A DNA stretch of 63,754 bases, counting the filler, from Candidatus Fermentibacterota bacterium (GTDB lineage Bacteria; JAFGKV01): the NCBI GenBank assembly GCA_016928395.1. It is 6 parts of 6 records of this genome, joined end to end, with 100 filler letters (N's around TTAATTAATTAA, not from the genome) between each part and the next. Parts side by side here need not be neighbours in the genome. Positions count along the whole stretch, not along the records: positions 1 to 12,881 come from JAFGKV010000288.1; 5 more parts are not named here. The stretch is one strand, 5' to 3'. Under the pieces are notes generated by a model, which was not told where the DNA came from, searched no databases, and worked only from the letters and a program-made list of their open reading frames with translations. The position numbers and the translations under genes were made by a program. This document shows, one piece after another, positions 1 through 9,280 of this stretch. The first letter of the stretch is position 1. Every line of letters starts with the position of its first letter.

Positions 1-11
1 CCAACTGCCGG

Positions 12-87
12 CTGTACTCTCAACCCTGAGAATTCTGAGGGAGCCCGGCGTCCTCAGAGGCCGCACTGAACCCTGAACCCCGAACCC
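12..87. repeat. Dispersed ~76-bp repeat, copy 1 (near-identical reverse complement at 58255-58330)
   Basis: CTGTACTCTCAACCCTGAGAATTCTGAGGGAGCCC...GCACTGAACCCTGAACCCCGAACCC matches the reverse complement of the end of contig 5 with few mismatches. Confidence 0.85.
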
Positions 88-122
88 GATGCCAGTCGGC
101 AATTGGCAGTCGGCAATCGGGA

Positions 123-199
123 CTATCTCCTCACTCCTCACTCCTATCTCCTCACTCCTATCTCCTCACTCCTATCTCCTCACTCCTCACCCCTATCTC
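123..199. repeat. Heptamer tandem array (CTCACTC/CTATCTC) x11
   Basis: Read directly: 11 consecutive 7-mers CTATCTC/CTCACTC/CTCACCC. Confidence 0.95.
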
Positions 200-306
200 A
201 TCCCCGGCCTTGCCCAAGAGAACATGCAAAGTCCGTACTCGTGCTCGATTTCCTCTGCTCGCCGATCACGATTACGACAACGATATCGATCCCGACCCCG
301 GGGCGG

Positions 307-393
307 GCGGAGTCAGAGCTTTGCCCCTACGAGGCAACGGTTCCTCGCAGAGTTTTGTAGGGGAGGGCGTCTCTGCCCTCCCGCACGCCGCTG
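307..393. repeat. GTAG-type REP/BIME-like palindrome cluster (reverse-complement copy at 18571-18657)
   Basis: GTAGGGGAGGGCGTCTCTGCCCTCCC plus an inverted ...GCCCCTAC unit; same cassette at the start of contig 3 and a related one at 25711-25768. Confidence 0.85.
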
Positions 394-487
394 GGCACCC
401 CGCGATGCTGGTCGGGCCTGACAGCCGATAGCCAACAAATGAACCCTGAAACCCGGACCCTCGCGGCCGACGGCGAAGCGTGGGCCA

Positions 488-1714
488 TCATCCCCGTGCC
501 CCTCCCGCCGCCAGGCGCCGGATGGCATCGGCGGTGAGGTCGGCCGTGCGGTCCCAGGTGTACGTGGCGGCGATGCGGCGGCCTTCGGCGATCAGCCGGC
601 GCCGCAGGGCAGGGTCGGCTCTCAGCCCTACAATGGCTTCGGCCAGCATATCGGGCGAGTGGGGATCAACCACGAGAGCCGCATCCCCTGCCATGTCGGC
701 CATGGGGGTGTCAGTTGCCGTAATCACTGGACACCCGCAGGCCATGGCCTCAAAAGCAGGCAAGCCGAACCCCTCTACGAGCGAGGGAATGAGCAGCATC
801 GTCGCCCCTCGGTACAGACCCCCAAGCTGCGCATAGCCGACCGGCGCCGCCCGGTGAACGGCAGGAACATCGTGTGGATCCATCGCCGAGCGAAGCTCAC
901 GAAACCGTTCCCGTGACGCCCCCACCAGCACCAGATGCACATCTTTCCATTGTCGCCGCGCCCGATGCCACCCCTCCAGCACCATTGGCACGTTCTTGCC
1001 CGGCCCGGCGCTGCCCACGCACAATGCATAGGGCCAGCCCGGCGCGAATGCGGGGCCGTCCACGCCAAGCTGGGGGCTTACCCCTTCCGGCGTCGGGGTG
1101 ATGCGCGAACGAGGTACCCCCAGCACGCTCGTCAGCGCTTCTGCCGTTCGCTGGGATACGGCCAGGTGGTGCTCCGCTTTCGCCAGCCTGACATAATGGG
1201 CGCGGTACGAGGCAGGCACGCGGCCTGACGGGAAGAACAGGGCAGGATGCTGGATGAACGCCAGATCATGGCAGACCACCGCGTGATGGCGGGCCCATGA
1301 TGGCGAGGGAACCACCAGTTGCTGGGAGCTGACGAATACGTCCAGACGCAGCGGCGCGAGGGCGGCCCTCGTGGCACGCTCGACCCACAGAGCAGGAATC
1401 CGGGCCAGAAGCCCCATGGCGCCCCCGGCCGGCCGCCACCGCGGAGTCAGGCCGACGGTGCGTGCCCCGGGCCACAATGCGTGGAGGCAAACCGGGGGCT
1501 CATGCCCCTCTAGTATGCCCAGTACGCAGCATGCATCAGGAAGCCTGGCCGCAAGCCGGGGCAGCATTTCCTCCAGATATCTCCCCACCCCTCCGAGGTT
1601 GCCTGCAGAGCCGTCGGCAGGGCCGGGGATGGGCATCTCCTCGTCATCCGAGGCATACCGGGGGGCGTTCTCGTACGCCTCGTGGAGCCAGCGGACGTCG
1701 ATACCCAGGTTCAT
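488..1714 (-). CDS. Glycosyltransferase family 4 (GT-B)
   Basis: GGVGRY N-terminal motif, CHDLAF, PSLVEGFGLPAFEAMACGCPVI signature, YTWDRTA end; 4-nt overlap with upstream gene. Confidence 0.93.
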   Translation of the reverse strand: MNLGIDVRWLHEAYENAPRYASDDEEMPIPGPADGSAGNLGGVGRYLEEMLPRLAARLPDACCVLGILEGHEPPVCLHALWPGARTVGLTPRWRPAGGAMGLLARIPALWVERATRAALAPLRLDVFVSSQQLVVPSPSWARHHAVVCHDLAFIQHPALFFPSGRVPASYRAHYVRLAKAEHHLAVSQRTAEALTSVLGVPRSRITPTPEGVSPQLGVDGPAFAPGWPYALCVGSAGPGKNVPMVLEGWHRARRQWKDVHLVLVGASRERFRELRSAMDPHDVPAVHRAAPVGYAQLGGLYRGATMLLIPSLVEGFGLPAFEAMACGCPVITATDTPMADMAGDAALVVDPHSPDMLAEAIVGLRADPALRRRLIAEGRRIAATYTWDRTADLTADAIRRLAAGGARG

Positions 1715-3219
1715 GCCCGGCCTCGAAGAGCTCTCGCCAGGCGACGCAGCCGCGCCTCGATTCTCAGCCTCCAGAAGCGGTGTTCAGCGCGCCAGAACGC
1801 CAGATCAGCCAATCGTTTCCGCAGCCATGGCAGCGGGTACTCTCCCAGCCGGTCAGACTCCTCCACGTAGAACATGCTGAACAGGATATCCTCCATGAGG
1901 CCCGCATCCGCAATCCAGGGCAGGCGCCCAGACCGGAGAAAGCCCTGCGGCCCCAGCTCCGCTGCCCAGCCCGCCAGGTCGGCAGGCTCCTGGAGCCCCG
2001 CCTCCAGGGCTCGCGCATACAGCTCTCCGCCAGGATAGGGGCGAAACAAGCCCGGCCCGCATACCACGGATCGGGGAAAACGTCGCTTGAGCCGCGCCAT
2101 GAAGGCGAGGGTATCGAAAAGCTGCGCCCGAGTCTCTCCTGGAATGCCCATCATGAAGAACAAGAGAGGCACGATACCTGCATCGTGGCACGCAGCCACG
2201 GCATGTTCGGTCTCAGCCACCGTGATGTCTTTTTTCAGGAGTTGGAGCACCTCGTCATTGCCGCTCTCGGCGCCCATGCGCAGGCATGCGCATCCGGTCT
2301 CCCGCAGATAGGTGAGGAAGGCGCCGTCCACGAAACCCGGCCGGAACATGTCGGCACGGACATTTGCCTCCCACCGCACATGGGGGTATTGCCGGTGAAG
2401 GTGATCGAGGATACTGGTCACCCGGTCGATATCGCCGATGAATAGGTCGTCCATAAACCACACGTGATCGATCGTGCCGGGCTCAAGCAGCAGATCCAGC
2501 TCAGCGGTCACCTGGTCGACCGGTCGTTTGCGCCATCGCCTGCCCAGGAGCAGCTCATTGGGACAGAAGGCGCACCGGTAGGGACACCCCCGGGAGGTCA
2601 GGACATCCGTTCCCCGTACCATTCTGCCCCCGGGGATGCGGCGGGGCGCGTAGGATGCCGGATCGATTAGGTGGTACGCCGGCGAGGGAAGAGCTCGTAT
2701 ATCCGGCAGGGCCGGCTCACCGTTTCCCACGAGGGCTCCATCCTTCCGGCACAGCACGCCGGGGATTTCCAGCGGCTCGCCTGCATCGGCCAATATCGCA
2801 GCCAAGTTCACAGCCGATTCGTCCGCCTCCCGCGGCAGCACGAAGTCGGCGGCGGGATCCATGGCCGTACCCCGGGGAAACAGACTGGCGTGAGCCCCGC
2901 CCCAGACGATGGGAACACTGGGGGCAAGGGCTCGAACCTGCCGGGCAATGGCCAGCCCATGGGCGACCTGCACGGTCATGGCGGAGATGCCCACGAACAA
3001 AACATCCCGATTCAGACTCTCATGGATCCACGCCCGAGTCGCCTCCTTGGCGTGGCAGCGCGCATCGTGGAGGCGTACGACAAATCCACCGCGCTCCAGG
3101 GCGGCAGCCAAAAAGAGCAGGCCCATGGGCAGGCTGCGGCCCGGGTCCGAGGACAGTTCCTCGCCGGGATCGGCGGCATTGCTGCCCGGATAGACCAAAA
3201 GGATCTGCTTCCGGGTCAC
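1711..3219 (-). CDS. B12-binding-domain radical SAM protein (class B-like)
   Basis: LPMGLLFLAAAL / VGISAMT / WGGAHASL cobalamin-binding domain; TSRGCPYRCAFC CxxxCxxC; MGAESG; FMMGIPGET. Confidence 0.93.
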   Translation of the reverse strand: MTRKQILLVYPGSNAADPGEELSSDPGRSLPMGLLFLAAALERGGFVVRLHDARCHAKEATRAWIHESLNRDVLFVGISAMTVQVAHGLAIARQVRALAPSVPIVWGGAHASLFPRGTAMDPAADFVLPREADESAVNLAAILADAGEPLEIPGVLCRKDGALVGNGEPALPDIRALPSPAYHLIDPASYAPRRIPGGRMVRGTDVLTSRGCPYRCAFCPNELLLGRRWRKRPVDQVTAELDLLLEPGTIDHVWFMDDLFIGDIDRVTSILDHLHRQYPHVRWEANVRADMFRPGFVDGAFLTYLRETGCACLRMGAESGNDEVLQLLKKDITVAETEHAVAACHDAGIVPLLFFMMGIPGETRAQLFDTLAFMARLKRRFPRSVVCGPGLFRPYPGGELYARALEAGLQEPADLAGWAAELGPQGFLRSGRLPWIADAGLMEDILFSMFYVEESDRLGEYPLPWLRKRLADLAFWRAEHRFWRLRIEARLRRLARALRGRA

Positions 3220-4313
3220 CGCACGACTCCGGGCGCGGCATGATGGCAGCCTCGGCAGAGCTCGGGAATCCGCCCTCGGGATAGCCCATCCCGCATGGCG
3301 CGGTAGCCGGGCCCATTCCAGATGCTCTTGAACGAACTCGACCGCAAGTCACCCAGAGCCGCGGTTTCGGCATAGGGTAACGCGCAGCAGGGAGTAAGGA
3401 ACCCCTCCCACGTGACGTAGGGATAGTCCCACAGGTAGAAGCACGGGATGAAGGCCTCGGGCCATAGAGCCCGATCCAGTTTCGTGTACACGAAAGGCAA
3501 ATTCAGCTCTGCAGCCCTGCGCTCTGCCGCGAGCGTCATGCGCCGCGCACGCTCAATGCTCTCCACGGCCATGGGGTCAGTGCCCTCAGGCTTCCAGCGG
3601 GCGCTGAGGTCGCAGAAGCTGATGCGATCGACCTTCAGCTGTGCGCCCAGTTCCACGAACTCAACCAGTTCGCCCACATTGGGCTCCATGACCACCAGAG
3701 CCAAAGCCACGGAAGGCCGCGCGCTCAGCTCGCATACCGCGCCCACCTGGTGCACGATCTGGTCAAACCTGCCGCCCCGGACAACCTGATGGGTCGAGGC
3801 CGTCGCCGCATCCAGGCTGACCCCGATCTCACCCAGCCCGGCCTCGACCAGCTCCGCCACGCGCGCCGGGGTCAGGAGTACACCATTGGTGTTCAGGCCG
3901 ATCGTGGCCATCGGCGCCCGGGCCTTCACCGCTCTGGCCATGGCAGCCAGGTCGTGGTTCAAGAGCGGCTCTCCCAGACCGTGGAGCGTCACATGCTGGA
4001 AATGCCGGAAGTGAGCCAAGAGCTTCTCGAAAGTAGACAGCGACATGTGCCCCTGATGTTGGGGAGGGCCCAGCGTTGAACGGGAGCACTGGGCACAGGC
4101 CATGTTGCAGCGGCTGCTCACCTCGAACTGGAGGAATCGGGGCCAGGAGGCCACGCGGGTGGGCCGTCGCCGCACCGCCACCGCCGCGGCGATGTGATTC
4201 AGGGTGGCCGCGGCCCCCACCGAGTGTGCCAGGGCGATCATTCTCGCGAGCCTTCCCTGAGGTTTCTCCACGCGGGCGCGGGATGCGGCGGGGCGCAGAC
4301 TCTCGGCGCTCAT
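3216..4313 (-). CDS. Radical SAM/SPASM-twitch domain protein
   Basis: CNMACAQC, LHGLGEPLL, NTNGVLL; C-terminal CFYLW...PCC...CRGC cysteines; start moved to ATG 4313, which forms an ATGA overlap with the GT2 stop. Confidence 0.9.
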   Translation of the reverse strand: MSAESLRPAASRARVEKPQGRLARMIALAHSVGAAATLNHIAAAVAVRRRPTRVASWPRFLQFEVSSRCNMACAQCSRSTLGPPQHQGHMSLSTFEKLLAHFRHFQHVTLHGLGEPLLNHDLAAMARAVKARAPMATIGLNTNGVLLTPARVAELVEAGLGEIGVSLDAATASTHQVVRGGRFDQIVHQVGAVCELSARPSVALALVVMEPNVGELVEFVELGAQLKVDRISFCDLSARWKPEGTDPMAVESIERARRMTLAAERRAAELNLPFVYTKLDRALWPEAFIPCFYLWDYPYVTWEGFLTPCCALPYAETAALGDLRSSSFKSIWNGPGYRAMRDGLSRGRIPELCRGCHHAAPGVVR

Positions 4314-5254
4314 CTCACGCGAATCGAATAGGTGTGATGCGCGGAGAGCAGCATCCTGTTGAATGCCCTCTTCCGCTGCCAGTTCGCGTTGCAGAAGCCA
4401 AGAACCGAAAGCAGGGCGGCCAGAAATAGATTGAGCCGGGCGCACACCAAAGTCGTCCATCGCACCAATGCCCCTGCGCCGGGCCCGTGGCGCGCGGAGA
4501 AGTAGATATACTTACCCTCGTACGAACGGGCCAGCTGCAGCCCTTGGGGCAGAGTCCTCCATGTCGCCCCCATGTCATGCACCACCCGGACGGCGGGGAC
4601 GTAGTACCGCTGCCACCCGGCCCGCGCCATGCGATAGGCCCAGTCGATGTCTTCATAGTAGGTAAAGAAGCGCTCATCCATGCCGCCGGTGGCATCCAGG
4701 GCCGCGCGCCTGACCAGGAGGCAGGAGCCGGCCGGTGCATCCACCGGCCGGGGATCCTGTTCGCTCAGGGAGGGGGGGACGCCGCTGAAGCCGATATCCT
4801 TGAGCCTCCGGGGCAGGAGCCATCCCAGCGGCGAAAGCCCCAGGAGATGGGGCAGGAGCCGGGGGAACCGGGCATAGGAGATCTGTGGAGCACCCTCAGG
4901 AGTCACCAGCATGGGACTGGCCGCACCGACCCCGGGGTGTTCCTCCATGAACCGTACGAGCCCCTCCACCGCTCCCTGGGGGAGGATGCAATCGGGATTA
5001 AGAAGCAAGAGATAGTCTCCTCCTGCCGTGCTCATACCCGCATTGGCGCCCCTGGCGAACCCAGCATTCTCCTCGCTCCGCAGCAGAATCACGCCATCGA
5101 ACGCCGCGACAGCCTCGGCGGTGCCGTCGTCCGATGCATTGTCCACCACGATGTGCTCATACGTGCCGTCCATGGGACGAGCCTCCACCACCGAGGCAAG
5201 ACAATTGACCACATGGTCGCGGGCATTGAAGGTCACTGTCACGATGGAGACCAT
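4310..5254 (-). CDS. Glycosyltransferase family 2 (rhamnosyltransferase-like)
   Basis: VSIVTVTFN, VVDNASDDGT, NAGFARGAN, LLLNPD, GMDERFFTYYEDIDW; start taken at MVSIV (5254). Confidence 0.93.
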   Translation of the reverse strand: MVSIVTVTFNARDHVVNCLASVVEARPMDGTYEHIVVDNASDDGTAEAVAAFDGVILLRSEENAGFARGANAGMSTAGGDYLLLLNPDCILPQGAVEGLVRFMEEHPGVGAASPMLVTPEGAPQISYARFPRLLPHLLGLSPLGWLLPRRLKDIGFSGVPPSLSEQDPRPVDAPAGSCLLVRRAALDATGGMDERFFTYYEDIDWAYRMARAGWQRYYVPAVRVVHDMGATWRTLPQGLQLARSYEGKYIYFSARHGPGAGALVRWTTLVCARLNLFLAALLSVLGFCNANWQRKRAFNRMLLSAHHTYSIRVR

Positions 5255-6171
5255 CGGGTCTCCTGTATCAGCCTGCGGAGTGCGGCCCGGTAGAAAAGGT
5301 CGTGAACAAACCGGAAGTAGGGCGCCCGCAGGGCGGGCACCGCCGTGCACACCGGGGCCCATGCCTCGACCACCGCCAGCACCGGCCGGCTGTGGGCGAG
5401 AGCCCGCCGCGCCCGCGCCCATGGGGTGTCACGGCCGAGGGTGATGAGGCCGGGAATCGTGGCATCAGCGATGAGTGCGCCCTGCGCCAGGCTTTCCATG
5501 CGGGCGAGACTGCCGCGAAGGGTCACGGGGTGATGGTGATAGCCCACGGCGGCCGGCTCGTAGTGGAAACGCATGCCTCGTTGGCCCAGGCGTGCGCCCA
5601 GTTCGACATCCTCGAACGCCGCCCCGGGAAACCGTTCGCTGAATCCGCCGGCCTCACAGACAAACGAACGGGCCACCGAGATATTGGCAGTCCAGAAGAA
5701 GACCGGCGGCACGTTCATGGGATCGGTGATCTTGTCATAGCAGAACTGGGGCCCCCCGTGCTCCAGCCAGTGCATGAGCGGTGAGATGTGAAGCTCCCTG
5801 CTCCAGGTGACCCGCCCCAGCACCGCCACATCCTCTCCGGGAAACCGGTGATGATGCGCGAGGTGCGCCTCCACCAACCCCGGCGCCGCCACCACGTCGT
5901 CGCCCATGAAAAGCACAAGGCGCCCGTGGGCTGCGGCCAGGCCCCGATTGCGGGCAGTGGCGGGACCCCGGTGATCCTGGCGGATCATGCGCACCGGCAC
6001 GGGCGATTCCCGGGCCCAGAGCTCCACCGAGGCGACTGTGTCATCCACGGAGCCATCATCTACCACAACTACCTCGGCATCGCCCCGCTGGCATTGCCCC
6101 GCGATTTCTTTCAAGCCCCGCATGAGAATCGGGCGCCGGTTGAAGGTGGGGATGATGATGGAGAGAATCAT
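5239..6171 (-). CDS. Glycosyltransferase family 2
   Basis: SIIIPTFNR, VVVDDGSVD, GPATARNRG, LFMGDD, GGFSERF..FEDVELG. Confidence 0.93.
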   Translation of the reverse strand: MILSIIIPTFNRRPILMRGLKEIAGQCQRGDAEVVVVDDGSVDDTVASVELWARESPVPVRMIRQDHRGPATARNRGLAAAHGRLVLFMGDDVVAAPGLVEAHLAHHHRFPGEDVAVLGRVTWSRELHISPLMHWLEHGGPQFCYDKITDPMNVPPVFFWTANISVARSFVCEAGGFSERFPGAAFEDVELGARLGQRGMRFHYEPAAVGYHHHPVTLRGSLARMESLAQGALIADATIPGLITLGRDTPWARARRALAHSRPVLAVVEAWAPVCTAVPALRAPYFRFVHDLFYRAALRRLIQETRWSPS

Positions 6172-8084
6172 CCGTCCTCCGGGTCGTGGAGTTCAACCAG
6201 CAGCATCCTCTCGGTTGACTCGATGATCCGCACGGGAGCGCCGCGTTGGGTTCGGTCGGCCAGCCAGCGGAGCACACCTTCCATGACGGCGTCGCGCTCC
6301 TGGCGGGCGAAGTAGGGGAACCCCCACCTGTAGGGCACGGTTTCCACCATGGCCACCACCGGGCGGGTGGAAGGCCATTGCATATCCGGGGACTCACCGA
6401 GCAGTGATGACAGGCGGCGCGTATGATGACGAGGCCAGACTATGGACTGCACAGGGTCCTGCGTGGGGAAGGGTCGGCCGTCAGGCAACCGAGAAATGAG
6501 CCCCAGCGAGTAGACCGTGCCCGGATGATCCAGGAGCAGCTCATGGGCCCAGCGGACCGCCTCGGGGTAGCCAAGACGCGCATAGTTCACCGGCTGGGGC
6601 CGCAGTGAGAACATCGCAAGCCCCACGAAGGTCGCACAGAGCCCGTCGCGGAGGCGACTCGAGAGCACCGTGGCTGCTGCGACCACGCCCAGCACTGCCA
6701 GAAGCACTCCCTGCGACGGCGTGGACTCGCCCGTCATGAGGCGGTGGGCTGCCAGCACCACCATGCCAGCCAAAGGTATGAGCCGCCGCCGGGACTCCAG
6801 CCGCACGTCACCGACAAGGCTGCCGGCCGCCCAGGCAAAGGCCATGGCATAGTAGGGGGGCGCATGACCGTAGTCGCCCAAATACAGCGCGTCGCGGGCG
6901 GCGGCGTAGGCGGTATGCAGCAGCACCAGGGCCATCAGCAAAGGCGGCATTGTGCGTCGTCGAAGGGCGGCACATCCCAGAACAACGACGATGACCACGG
7001 CCGTGATGTCCATCCATTCCACATACCATCCGGTACCCAGCAGGATTCGGTGCAGGTCGACGCCGTGGCCGCCCACGGTGAAGGATGCCCGGGGTGAGAG
7101 GTGCGCCATGGCGGAGATGCCGAAAGAATGATGCATCACATGGTAGTACGCCCACGCGAACAGCGTCATGACCGCACCGGCCAGTAGCACGGACAACGCG
7201 GGCCTTCGGGCGCCGGTCACTAGCCCTGCCACGGCTCCGCACACGATCCATGCCACCATGAACTGCACCGACAGGGGGTGAATCAACACGTGGGCCATCC
7301 CGGCACCCACGAGAACCGCCGCCGCACGCCGTGAGCCATGTTCCACGGCCTCGACCAGAAGCAAGAGCAAGGCGGGGAGGAAGGCGAAGGCAAACCGGTC
7401 GGGTTCCAGAGAGGTCTGCACCGAGGGCAGGACAAGATGGCGGTACGCAGGGACCGCATACACGAAGGCCGCAACCCAGCCGCCGAATGGCGTGGACGCA
7501 CGGCGAGCCAAGGCATAGGCGCCTACGACACCCATGAGGGAGAGCAGGGGGCCGAAGAAGCGCATCACCTCGTAGGGCGATAGCCCTGACGCCCCATGCA
7601 GGGTCAACACCAGGGCGTGGTAACCCCGAGGATAGAACGAAAAGTCATGGAATCCGGCGATGGGGTCTCCCATGGCCAATGCCTTGCAGAGCACTAGGTG
7701 GCCCCAGGGATCATTGCCGCCCAGGGCAAGGTGACGAAGGGAGTCCGGCAGGCGCAAGGCCAACGCCGCGGCCATGGCCAGGATGAGAGGCCACTGAAGC
7801 TTCGGCGCCGCGGTAGGACATCGGCGGCCCCAGGCCATCGCGGCCATCGAGACCACGATGTGCGCGATGAGGCCCCATTCGGGGGCATACGCGCCGGTGA
7901 CCATGAGGCAGTAGGAGGATGCGACATTCGCGGTCACCCCCAAGAGGAACGCGATGAGTGCCTGCGCGGCGTGTCCGCCGGGCCCAATCCTACCGCTGAC
8001 CCGCCACCACGGCAGGATCCACATCGCACCCCCCGCGGCCCCGAGACGAAGCAGCGCGAGCACTTCAACCCATCCGACCGTCAC
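6168..8084 (-). CDS. Polytopic membrane protein, putative GT-C fold transferase
   Basis: Many hydrophobic segments; loop motifs GNDPWGH and FYPRGYH resemble GT-C enzymes; coupled within the glycosylation operon. Confidence 0.6.
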   Translation of the reverse strand: MTVGWVEVLALLRLGAAGGAMWILPWWRVSGRIGPGGHAAQALIAFLLGVTANVASSYCLMVTGAYAPEWGLIAHIVVSMAAMAWGRRCPTAAPKLQWPLILAMAAALALRLPDSLRHLALGGNDPWGHLVLCKALAMGDPIAGFHDFSFYPRGYHALVLTLHGASGLSPYEVMRFFGPLLSLMGVVGAYALARRASTPFGGWVAAFVYAVPAYRHLVLPSVQTSLEPDRFAFAFLPALLLLLVEAVEHGSRRAAAVLVGAGMAHVLIHPLSVQFMVAWIVCGAVAGLVTGARRPALSVLLAGAVMTLFAWAYYHVMHHSFGISAMAHLSPRASFTVGGHGVDLHRILLGTGWYVEWMDITAVVIVVVLGCAALRRRTMPPLLMALVLLHTAYAAARDALYLGDYGHAPPYYAMAFAWAAGSLVGDVRLESRRRLIPLAGMVVLAAHRLMTGESTPSQGVLLAVLGVVAAATVLSSRLRDGLCATFVGLAMFSLRPQPVNYARLGYPEAVRWAHELLLDHPGTVYSLGLISRLPDGRPFPTQDPVQSIVWPRHHTRRLSSLLGESPDMQWPSTRPVVAMVETVPYRWGFPYFARQERDAVMEGVLRWLADRTQRGAPVRIIESTERMLLVELHDPEDG

Positions 8085-9280
8085 GGCAGCACCCCGCTGG
8101 AACCCAGGCCCAGCATGGCGCGGGCCACCGGGAACACCTCGGTCAGCGGTACGGCGCCTTCCGGCCCTGAGCCATCGCTGGTGATGAATGCGCCCCAGTT
8201 GTCGCTGACCGATGGGTGGTAACCGTGCATCCCTGCCGGCCTGATCCCCCTCTGGAAGTAGGAGGGCATGATCACTGTTCCCTCATCCACGACCCAGAAG
8301 GCCTCACCATTCTCGCGGCGGCCGCCTCGAAGATGCAGCTCGTCAAAATCGCCGGGGGAGAGCCAGCGCCCTCCGGGAAGCGCCTCAAGCCGTTCCGTGA
8401 TGCGCGCACGGGCCGGTTCGCGAAGAAACCAGAACCTCGCCACAGTGGAGTCCAGGAACACGACGTAGTCACGGCCGTGGCGAAGCGGGAGTTCGCCCAG
8501 AGCGGCCTCCACATTGACCTCTCCCCGCACCTCTACCATGCCATGATCACCAAACACCAGGAGCTTTGCATCCGGCCACAGAGACCGGGCATGGCGCCAC
8601 ACCGATTCGAGCCCTTCGTCGATGGCCCGCAGGGCCCGGTGGACCTCGGGGGAATGCGGCCCGTGCTCATGCCCGGCCCAGTCCAACTCTGCATAGTGCA
8701 GAAACACGAAGGAGTGCGAGGCTCTGATTCGAGACAACGCGGCCGCGGTGAGCACTGAGGTCCGCTGATCCACCACGGGATACCCAAGATGAAGCCAGGG
8801 GCGACAGTGGGCCGAGAGGATGCTGAGCAAGCCGGGCCGGGGCTGCGCCCGGTCTTCCCATGGGAGGTCCGTCTCGGAGAAGGCAAACAGAGACAACCGC
8901 CTCAGCGGGATTTCGGCCAGGTAGCAGTATGAGGCGCTGCCGCGATGGCCCCGACGCGCCTCCGCCCTGCACGCCATGGCCGTCAGAGCCCTGCGCACCC
9001 GCCACGACAGGGGCGTCCACCGGTCGAAGATGCCGGGGAGGAACCGCGCCGCCTTGAACGGCGAATTGGCCGGGTCATAGCAGAAAAGATGCCCGACCCC
9101 GCTTTCGTTCGGGAATAGGCCTGCCATGAATGCGGGCCGGAGCTGGCCCGCGAACACCTCTTGTGTCGCCCCTGCGGAGCCTGCGGCAGCCACCTCGGCC
9201 AAGAAGGGAGCATGCTCGGGCCTGACCTTGTCATGACGCAATGCATCCACCAGAACCATGAGCAGATGTTCGTTGCTCAC
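8081..9280 (-). CDS. Alkaline phosphatase superfamily / nucleotide pyrophosphatase-phosphodiesterase-like protein
   Basis: LVDALRHD, ELDWAGHEHG, FGDHGM and GMHGYHP metal-binding motifs. Confidence 0.88.
   Translation of the reverse strand: MSNEHLLMVLVDALRHDKVRPEHAPFLAEVAAAGSAGATQEVFAGQLRPAFMAGLFPNESGVGHLFCYDPANSPFKAARFLPGIFDRWTPLSWRVRRALTAMACRAEARRGHRGSASYCYLAEIPLRRLSLFAFSETDLPWEDRAQPRPGLLSILSAHCRPWLHLGYPVVDQRTSVLTAAALSRIRASHSFVFLHYAELDWAGHEHGPHSPEVHRALRAIDEGLESVWRHARSLWPDAKLLVFGDHGMVEVRGEVNVEAALGELPLRHGRDYVVFLDSTVARFWFLREPARARITERLEALPGGRWLSPGDFDELHLRGGRRENGEAFWVVDEGTVIMPSYFQRGIRPAGMHGYHPSVSDNWGAFITSDGSGPEGAVPLTEVFPVARAMLGLGSSGVLP

Noticed and set aside
89-431. Short ORFs with LLTPHS/SSLLSP repeats (also 45600-46063 and 63127-63527)
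   Set aside because: Translations of heptamer and nonamer repeat tracts, with no protein signal
123-470. CRISPR array
   Set aside because: Units are 6-9-nt tandem repeats or REP palindromes with no unique spacers of regular length; no cas genes
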